Of a stretch of DNA of 64,000 nt, positions 57,589 to 64,000 are shown piece after piece. Source of the DNA: Pinirhizobacter soli (lineage in GTDB: Bacteria; Pseudomonadota; Gammaproteobacteria; Xanthomonadales; Rhodanobacteraceae). The stretch lies in NCBI RefSeq assembly GCF_015905305.1, contig NZ_JADZLQ010000003.1, forward strand, positions 678,201 to 742,200, written 5' to 3'. The position numbers and the translations under genes were made by a program. The notes beneath the pieces are model-generated. The model did not search any database. It was not told the origin of the DNA and saw nothing but the letters and a program-made list of their open reading frames with translations. Every line of letters starts with the position of its first letter. Position 1 is the stretch's first letter.

Positions 57589-59562
57589 ATGCAATTCAAG
57601 ACGCTCCAGATTGCCGCGGCCGTTGCGCTAGCGGGTGTCGGCATCACCTCGGCGGGTGCGGCGCCGCTAGGTGCAGTGGATCCATCGCCTGTCCGGAATG
57701 GCGTGGACGCCGGCCTGGCTTTACCTCTGCCGTTTCATGATCAGGTTGGCCTGGTGTCGCTCGATGCGCTGCCGGGCATGTTCGACCGTGGTGGCGTGCA
57801 GGCGGCAACCCGAATGGCGAAGTTGCCCGGTGCGTCCGGCTCGGTGCTGTCGAAGTTGGAGAACCGTGCCTTGCAAGGCGACATGGTCGGCTGGGTATGG
57901 GCCGGTGCACTTGCCGATCCCGCTGTGCGCGAGGAAGCAGGCCGGATGTACGAGTCGGGATTGCCATTGCTCGTGCTCAATGGCACCGGGATAACCGATG
58001 CCAGCCAGGCCGCGACGGCTATCGTCGGCTTGACGACCAATGCCCCGGTGGCCATGTACATCCATGACAAGGCCGGCAATGTCCGGTCGTTCTCGATCGA
58101 CGCGGATCTTTCGTCGACACAGAGCCTTGAGAAGGCCATTTCGGTCGTTGCCGGACAAACCCGTGAGGCCATCCGCACGCAGCGGGTCGTCCTGGCAGAT
58201 GACGTTGAGCCGATCGCGCTGCCAAGGGTCACCATGATCGATACTGCAACCGACCCGCGTGGATCGGGCTCCTCGGTGACGCAGGAAGTGAATGTCATCA
58301 GGGACTCCACGATCAGTCGTGACCAATACGTCGTGATAGCCAAGTCCAGGTGGAACGTCATACCGAACAATAATGGCCTTTCCGGGGGAGCGCTTACCAT
58401 CCCGGGCAGCTATCGTCTTGATCAGACACTGATCGTGGATAGCGAGGGAACCCCCGTGTTGCTGCCCAGCCTGGCATCGCAGTATCCCGCGAGTAACGGC
58501 AGCACGGATATTTCATTCACCGACACCCAGCGTACGACGACGAGCTACGGCTTCAACATCTCGCGGGATATGTCGGGAGGCTTGCAAGGGATGGTTCCCG
58601 AAGCATCGGCCAAGACGTCGTTTGGATTTACGTTCGGACGGGAATACGTGGATGAGCAGTCGATCAATTTTTCCGTACGCGACTATTCCGTTGCGGCCGC
58701 TGCATCCAGCCCAACGCTCGGTAGCCGTGCGACGTGGAACCTTAACCTGGCTGCTGCCATCTCTTCCAATGCCGGGTACTTCGGCGGGTCACCATCACTG
58801 GCTCGAGTGACGCCCATGATGAGACAGGCCAGTGCCGAGACCTTTGCGCGATGGGTACTGTCAGCAAGGCACCCCGGTGGCATGCGCATCATCGCGCAAG
58901 CCAATGTCAGCAATCTTCGCTTCACTGGATCGTCCATCGGCAGTGTCGGTGACACCTGGGCACAACCGAACTCGGTCATCAACGTGCCGTCCAGGCTTCC
59001 CTATCTCAGTCGCGAGACTACCGTGTTGATCCAGTCCCAGGCCGGAGGCGGATCATGCCTGTCTGATTCGTTTGGAAGCCTGCAGCTTGTCTCATGCCCG
59101 GGTCCGACCAGTTGGCTCAATACGCGGGTGGCCCATTGGCGCCTGGATGCCGAAGGTCGCTACGTCAACGGCCAGACTGGAAACTGCCTGCAATTTGACA
59201 CGTCCAGTGGCGACGCCACGGTAGGATCGTGCAGCCTGGCGCTCAACCAGCGATGGGAATGGCGGGCGGACCGCATCTACACCCTGTTCAATAGCGCAGC
59301 CGACGACTGGCGACTGCATGTGGTCAATGGCCGTGCCCGTGTGGTGACCGATCCCGCCGTCTACCAGGACCTTCCCACCAACCATAACCAGATCCTGCTC
59401 AATCCCTGGTCGAACTATCCCGCGGCGCCCGTCCGTGGCGTCACCGTCCCCAACATCGGAGCAGGATCCACGCAATCGCCCATTCCGGAAGATTGGCTCA
59501 GGTTCCGCGCTATCCGGCCTGAGGAGACCTGGCGTGTGATTCCCATCCGCGCCAACATCTGA
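57589..59562 (+). CDS. Secreted hypothetical protein with a C-terminal ricin-B (QxW) lectin-like domain.
   Basis: The ATG at 57589 follows CAAGGAAG. The signal peptide is MQFKTLQIAAAVALAGVGITSAGAAP. The middle region is Ser/Thr/Gly-rich and beta-rich. The C-terminus has QxW-like repeats (NGQTGNCLQFD ... NQRWEW ... WRLHVVNG). Confidence 0.5.
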   Translation: MQFKTLQIAAAVALAGVGITSAGAAPLGAVDPSPVRNGVDAGLALPLPFHDQVGLVSLDALPGMFDRGGVQAATRMAKLPGASGSVLSKLENRALQGDMVGWVWAGALADPAVREEAGRMYESGLPLLVLNGTGITDASQAATAIVGLTTNAPVAMYIHDKAGNVRSFSIDADLSSTQSLEKAISVVAGQTREAIRTQRVVLADDVEPIALPRVTMIDTATDPRGSGSSVTQEVNVIRDSTISRDQYVVIAKSRWNVIPNNNGLSGGALTIPGSYRLDQTLIVDSEGTPVLLPSLASQYPASNGSTDISFTDTQRTTTSYGFNISRDMSGGLQGMVPEASAKTSFGFTFGREYVDEQSINFSVRDYSVAAAASSPTLGSRATWNLNLAAAISSNAGYFGGSPSLARVTPMMRQASAETFARWVLSARHPGGMRIIAQANVSNLRFTGSSIGSVGDTWAQPNSVINVPSRLPYLSRETTVLIQSQAGGGSCLSDSFGSLQLVSCPGPTSWLNTRVAHWRLDAEGRYVNGQTGNCLQFDTSSGDATVGSCSLALNQRWEWRADRIYTLFNSAADDWRLHVVNGRARVVTDPAVYQDLPTNHNQILLNPWSNYPAAPVRGVTVPNIGAGSTQSPIPEDWLRFRAIRPEETWRVIPIRANI

Positions 59563-59671
59563 CCGCTGTTCCGTTCGATGGCAACCCGTGGCGGCCAGGC
59601 CGCCACGGGTCGATTCACGACACATGGGCGTTCCCGCTAAGCTTCAGGCAGGGCCATTCCATGGATCGAGC

Positions 59672-61540
59672 ATGAGCCAGTTCAAGCTACTGGGTACCCG
59701 CCGCTTCGCGCCGTTTTTCTGGACGCAGGCACTGGGTGCCTTCAACGACAACGCCTTCCGTAATGCGCTGGTCATGCTGGTGGTGTTCCAGATGTCGCTG
59801 GGCAACGACACGGCGGCGCTGTACACCAACCTGGCGCCGGCGCTGTTCATCCTGCCATTCTTCCTGTTCTCCGCCACCGCGGGGCAGATCGCCGAGAAAT
59901 ACGAGAAGTCGCGGATCATCCGCTACGTGAAGCTGTTCGAGATCGCCGCCATGGTGATCGCGGCGATCGGCTTTCATACCCACCACGTGATCCTGCTGCT
60001 GGTGGTGCTGTTTCTGATGGGCATGCACTCGACCATGTTCGGGCCGATCAAGTATTCGATCCTGCCCCAGGCGCTGAAGCCGACGGAGTTGGTGGGTGGC
60101 AATGGCCTGGTGGAAATGGGTACGCAGATGGCCATGCTGATCGGCATGATCGTCGGCAACGCCCTGATGCTGATCGCAGGCTACGGGCCGACGGCGGCCT
60201 CGGCGGCCACGATCGGCGTGGCCGTGGCCGGCTACCTGGTCAGCCGCTGGATTCCGCTGGCGCCGGCGGCCGCGCCGGACCTGAAGGTGAATTTCAACAC
60301 CTTCACCGAGACAGGCCGCGTGCTGCGCATCGCACGGGCCGACAAGGCGGTATTCAACGCGATCCTGGGCATTTCCTGGTTCTGGTTCTTCGGCACCGTG
60401 ATGATCGCCCAGCTGCCGGTGTATACGCGGGTGAACCTGGGTGGCGACGGCTCGGTGAACACGCTGGTGCTTACCTTGTTCTCGCTGGGCACGGGTATCG
60501 GTTCGCTGTTGTGCGAGAAGCTCTCGGGCAAGCGGGTGGAAGTGGGGCTGGTGCCGATGGGCGCTTTTGGGCTCACCGCGTTCGGCATCGACCTGTATTT
60601 CTCACGGCCGGGAAAGTCGCCCGTGGCAGGGCTGGACTGGCATGGGTTCCTGCAAACGGCGGGCGCCTGGCACGTGGCGCTGGACCTGACGATGATCGGC
60701 GTGTTCGCCGGCTTCTTCGTGGTACCGCTGTTTGCCTTCGTGCAGTCACGCACGCCGCGCGACCGGCTTTCGCGCGTGATCGCCGGCACCAACATCGTCA
60801 ATGCCATCTTCATCTGCGTGGCGTCGGGGCTTGGCCTTGGCCTTGGCGTGCTCGGGCTCTCGGTGCCGCAGATATTCCTGGTCACGGCGGTGTTGAACGC
60901 GTTCGTGGCGATTTATATCTTCACCCTGGTCCCCGAGTTCGTCATGCGCTTCATGACCTGGGTGCTGGTGCATGCGATGTACCGGGTGAAAGTGCGGGGA
61001 TTGGAGAACATTCCCGAGGAAGGCCCGGTGCTGCTGGTATGCAACCACGTGAGCTTCCTCGATCCGCTGGTGATCATGGCCGGCGTGCGCCGCCCAGTGC
61101 GTTTCGTCATGTACTACAAGATCTTCAACATCCCCATCTTGAGTTTCATCTTTCGCACGGCCGGGGCCATTCCCATTGCCGGCCGCAATGAAGATCTCAA
61201 CCTGATGAACAAGGCGTTCGACGCCGTGGACCAGGCCCTGGCCGATGGCGAAGTGGTGTGCATTTTCCCGGAGGGCGCGATCACGCGGGATGGCGCCATT
61301 GCACCGTTCCGGCCTGGCGTGGAAACCATCCTGGCGCGCCGGCCCGTGCCCGTGGTGCCGTTGGCGTTGCGGGGCATGTGGGGCAGCTTCTTCAGCCGGC
61401 GCGATTCGGCGATGAAGCGCATGCGCCTGCCGCGGCGCTTCATGTCGCGCATCGAGCTTGTCGGAGCGCCGGCGATGGCGCATGCGGACGCGTCATCGTT
61501 GCGGGAAAGCGTCAGCTCGCTTCGCGGCGAGCTTGCCTAG
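59672..61540 (+). CDS. Fused MFS lysophospholipid transporter (LplT-like) and C-terminal PlsC-type acyltransferase.
   Basis: The ATG at 59672 gives MSQFKLLGTRRFAPFFWTQALGAFNDNAFRNAL (LplT-like N-terminus), followed by 12 TM segments and a C-terminal acyltransferase with CNHVSFLDP (HX4D) and IFPEG motifs. Confidence 0.75.
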   Translation: MSQFKLLGTRRFAPFFWTQALGAFNDNAFRNALVMLVVFQMSLGNDTAALYTNLAPALFILPFFLFSATAGQIAEKYEKSRIIRYVKLFEIAAMVIAAIGFHTHHVILLLVVLFLMGMHSTMFGPIKYSILPQALKPTELVGGNGLVEMGTQMAMLIGMIVGNALMLIAGYGPTAASAATIGVAVAGYLVSRWIPLAPAAAPDLKVNFNTFTETGRVLRIARADKAVFNAILGISWFWFFGTVMIAQLPVYTRVNLGGDGSVNTLVLTLFSLGTGIGSLLCEKLSGKRVEVGLVPMGAFGLTAFGIDLYFSRPGKSPVAGLDWHGFLQTAGAWHVALDLTMIGVFAGFFVVPLFAFVQSRTPRDRLSRVIAGTNIVNAIFICVASGLGLGLGVLGLSVPQIFLVTAVLNAFVAIYIFTLVPEFVMRFMTWVLVHAMYRVKVRGLENIPEEGPVLLVCNHVSFLDPLVIMAGVRRPVRFVMYYKIFNIPILSFIFRTAGAIPIAGRNEDLNLMNKAFDAVDQALADGEVVCIFPEGAITRDGAIAPFRPGVETILARRPVPVVPLALRGMWGSFFSRRDSAMKRMRLPRRFMSRIELVGAPAMAHADASSLRESVSSLRGELA

Positions 61541-61550
61541 GGATTGATCG

Positions 61551-62417
61551 TCAGGCCGCCCAGCCGGCCAGCACCAGGACGGCGATCAAGGCCAGCCATA
61601 CGGCCAGCACGCGATGCGTCACACGCTTGGCGTCGCGCAATTCTTCGAGCGGATCGCTGACATCCTGGGCAACACCATCGCCTGCCTGGATGTCGGCGTC
61701 GACACCAGCATGTGCCACGGCACCCAGGAACGAGGGATCGAGCTGGCCACGCGCGTGTTCGGCCGACGCATGCCAACGGCGCCAGGCGCCGATCACGGCG
61801 TCGAAATCCGACACCAGGGCCATGGCGAATACCATCAGGTGGGCTGGCAGCCAGTCGAGGGCTTCGGCAAAGCGGCGTGCGGGGGCACGTGTGCGCGCGT
61901 CGATGTCGATATGCACGTCGAAGCTGAGCGCCTGCGCCAGCCGGTAAAGCACCGCGCCCGCCGGTCCCAGCAGCACGAACCAGAAAAGCACGCCGAAACG
62001 GCGGCGCAGGGCGGCAAAGAAGGTCGCTTCCACCACGGGCCCGGCGGCCCATGCGATGGGCTCACCATCGGTGGAAAGGCGTGCCATGGCGGCGTCGCGG
62101 TCGCGCGGGTCGACGGCCTGCAAGGCCGCGTCGATGTCCCGGTCAAGATCCCCCGGCCCCAGGGCATAGCAGAGCGAGGCTACGGCCAGCAGCAGCCACA
62201 GCACGTCCAGGAACCGCGTGGTGGCCAGCAACCCCGCCAGGATGGCCACGGCCATCGTCGGGGCGAGCAGCACGATGGCCACGCGGCTGGCGCCGGAGCT
62301 GTCGGAAAGCTTTTCGGCCCAGGCGCGGAACCAGCGTTCGTCGCGCCACCGCGCCAGCTGCGGCAGCAGGTGGCAGAGCAACAGGGCGATCAGGATGGCA
62401 AAGAGGCGTAGGGCCAT
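61551..62417 (-). CDS. AmpE-family inner-membrane protein.
   Basis: MALRLFAILIALLLCHLLP...VLWLLLAVASLCYALG matches the architecture of E. coli AmpE (LVLIFERLFKL ... LLVWLLIGLLCIGAG). The ORF is 288 aa. Confidence 0.55.
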   Translation of the reverse strand: MALRLFAILIALLLCHLLPQLARWRDERWFRAWAEKLSDSSGASRVAIVLLAPTMAVAILAGLLATTRFLDVLWLLLAVASLCYALGPGDLDRDIDAALQAVDPRDRDAAMARLSTDGEPIAWAAGPVVEATFFAALRRRFGVLFWFVLLGPAGAVLYRLAQALSFDVHIDIDARTRAPARRFAEALDWLPAHLMVFAMALVSDFDAVIGAWRRWHASAEHARGQLDPSFLGAVAHAGVDADIQAGDGVAQDVSDPLEELRDAKRVTHRVLAVWLALIAVLVLAGWAA

Positions 62418-62455
62418 GGCGTGTCGTCGAGCTTAGCGTTGGCCCATTGTGCCAG

Positions 62456-63424
62456 TCAGCGCGTGCCGGCTGCGACCATCGCGCCCAGGTCGTAGCCGCG
62501 ATCGGCCAGCCAATGCTCGAGCAGGCGATAGGACACCGAGACCGAAGGCGACACCAGCAGGCTGCCGTCGGCAATGCCCTGGCGGATGTCCTCCGGGGTG
62601 AACCAGCGGGCTTCTTCCAGTTCCTGGTCGCGATAGCGGATGTCGCGCGAGCGCGCGAAGGCGGTGAAGCCGACCATCAGCGATGCCGGCATCGGCCAGG
62701 GCTGCGACGAGTGGTAGTGCACATCCAACACTTCCACGCCAGCCTCTTCGGCCACTTCGCGGCGCACCGCGTCTTCAAGTGATTCACCAGGCTCGATGAA
62801 GCCGGCCAGGGTGGAGAACCGTCCCGGCGGCCAGCTGCGCTGGCGTCCCAGCAGGCAGGCGCCCTCGTGCTCCACGATCACGATGATCGCGGCATCGGTG
62901 CGGGGAAAATGCAGGCGGCCGCAGCTGACGTTGGTGCAGTGAACGCGGTGGCCCGAAGCCACCAGCACCCCCGGCGCGCCGCAATAGGCGCAATGGCGGG
63001 TCTCGTTTTGCCAATGGGCCAAACCCTTGGCGTAGGCGAAGATGCCAGCGTCGAAGGGATCGAAGCTGAGGCCGGCGCGGCGAAGATCCACGGACGTGGC
63101 TGCAGCACTATCGGCGAGCGCCTTCGTCAATTCAGCGTCGGCCACCAGCATGAAATAGGCGCGGCCATCGGCCAGACCCAGCAAGGTCGGCGTCAATGGC
63201 GCCAGGTACTGCTGCCGCGTGGCGTCGTCCAGCCACAAGGGTGCGTCGCCGTTGGCCACTTTCAGCGTTTCGCCCGACGGGCCGATCACGATGAAGCGGG
63301 TGCCGGGTTCGGCAAGCCTTGCCGCGACCCATGCTTGATCGTCGCGGTGTTCGGACACGCGATCCAGGATCGTCCCGGCGAATGTGTTGGTCCGCCCCTT
63401 GCGCGCCCCCGCCGCTGCCTGCAT
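62456..63424 (-). CDS. nudC: NADH pyrophosphatase (Nudix).
   Basis: The zinc ribbon CAYCGAPGVLVASGHRVHCTNVSCGRLHFPR is followed by the Nudix box GFIEPGESLEDAVRREVAEEAGV. Confidence 0.85.
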   Translation of the reverse strand: MQAAAGARKGRTNTFAGTILDRVSEHRDDQAWVAARLAEPGTRFIVIGPSGETLKVANGDAPLWLDDATRQQYLAPLTPTLLGLADGRAYFMLVADAELTKALADSAAATSVDLRRAGLSFDPFDAGIFAYAKGLAHWQNETRHCAYCGAPGVLVASGHRVHCTNVSCGRLHFPRTDAAIIVIVEHEGACLLGRQRSWPPGRFSTLAGFIEPGESLEDAVRREVAEEAGVEVLDVHYHSSQPWPMPASLMVGFTAFARSRDIRYRDQELEEARWFTPEDIRQGIADGSLLVSPSVSVSYRLLEHWLADRGYDLGAMVAAGTR

Positions 63425-63435
63425 CGGTGCCAGGC

Positions 63436-63804
63436 TCAGGTCGAGAACGAGGAACCGCAGCCGCAGGTGGTGCGGGCGTTCGGATTGCGGATGACGAACT
63501 GCGAACCGCTGAACGATTCGGCATAGTCGATTTCGGCGCCGGTAAGGTATTGCAGGGACAGCGGGTCGACCACCAGGGTGACGCCGTCACGATCGATCGA
63601 GAGGTCGTCCTCGGCCTTTTCCTCGTCGAAGGTAAAACCATACTGGAACCCCGAGCAGCCGCCGCCGCTGATGTACACGCGCAGCTTCAGGCCGGGATTG
63701 CCTTCTTCGACAATCAGCTCGTGGACTTTCTTCGCGGCCGCCTCGGTAAATACCAGGGGAGCCTGGGCGGCGCGGTAGTCGGGGGCGTTTTCCATATCCA
63801 TCAT
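63436..63804 (-). CDS. erpA: Iron-sulfur cluster insertion protein ErpA (A-type carrier).
   Basis: Motifs [20 protein letters not shown] and the C-terminal CGCGSSF are present. Confidence 0.85.
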   Translation of the reverse strand: MMDMENAPDYRAAQAPLVFTEAAAKKVHELIVEEGNPGLKLRVYISGGGCSGFQYGFTFDEEKAEDDLSIDRDGVTLVVDPLSLQYLTGAEIDYAESFSGSQFVIRNPNARTTCGCGSSFST

Positions 63805-63826
63805 GATGGCGGCGAAACCGTGCAGG

Positions 63827-64000
63827 TCAAGCCTCCTGGGGTTCTTCCTCGGGAGCGGCCAGCTGGCGCTGCGGGCCGGCGACGCCGGCGTGGGACATCT
63901 TGCCGTTCACCTGGGCACCGGCGGCCATCTCGAGCACCGTGTAGTGGACGTTGCCCTCCACGCGCGCCTGGGCGGCCAGTTCCAGCCTTTCCGAGGCATG
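63827..64000 (-). CDS. Bactofilin-family protein, C-terminal part. The gene continues beyond the window end.
   Basis: The reverse-complement translation gives ...[54 protein letters not shown], a bactofilin-like beta-helical repeat pattern. The stop codon is at 63827-63829. Confidence 0.35.
   Translation of the reverse strand, partial: HASERLELAAQARVEGNVHYTVLEMAAGAQVNGKMSHAGVAGPQRQLAAPEEEPQEA

Overview
The window is high-GC DNA (about two-thirds G+C by eye, not computed) and looks like a chromosome segment from a Xanthomonadales-like gammaproteobacterium. It has three parts. (1) Positions 1-8162 hold a xylan/xylose utilisation locus on the minus strand: the N-terminus of a TonB-dependent receptor, a TAT-secreted GH43 xylosidase, an MFS sugar symporter, xylA and xylB. 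An E. coli-type AraC-family xylR is transcribed divergently from them. (2) Positions ~8163-29703 form an AT-richer accessory island of about 21.5 kb, bounded by the xylR stop codon and the 3' end of a tRNA(CAT) gene. It carries a degenerate Tn7/Tn5053-like module (a 5'-truncated DDE transposase, a TniB/TnsC ATPase and TniQ), a pair of ParB-like proteins with a large serine recombinase, and a NADAR (YbiA-like) protein. It also carries a tightly packed ~10-kb minus-strand cluster that I rate as the most interesting object in the window. That cluster encodes a protein with a type-I PRTase PRPP-binding motif, a large P-loop NTPase, a protein with a DprA/SLOG-like Rossmann motif, a PfkB sugar kinase, a SIS-SIS-HAD phosphatase fusion, two membrane proteins and a hypothetical protein. 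It may be a ShosTA-like, ribose-phosphate/nucleotide-centred module, and I do not recognise it as a described system. (3) Positions 29.8-64 kb are core genome. Here I can support a His-rich secreted peptide, a flotillin-like SPFH protein, a TcdA/OCH1-type DXD glycosyltransferase, rpoD and dtd. Next comes an LPS/lipid A-type cluster (an LpxL-family acyltransferase, an ArnT-like GT39, two GT2 genes and three tandem paralogous GT4-like genes). Then follow rsmB-fmt-def, lysM-dprA-topA-tsaC, an ANL ligase, purD, a secreted lectin-like protein, a fused LplT-acyltransferase, ampE-like, nudC, erpA and a partial bactofilin. I saw no CRISPR array and no rRNA. All calls come from reading the translations and sequence by eye; no database searches were run.
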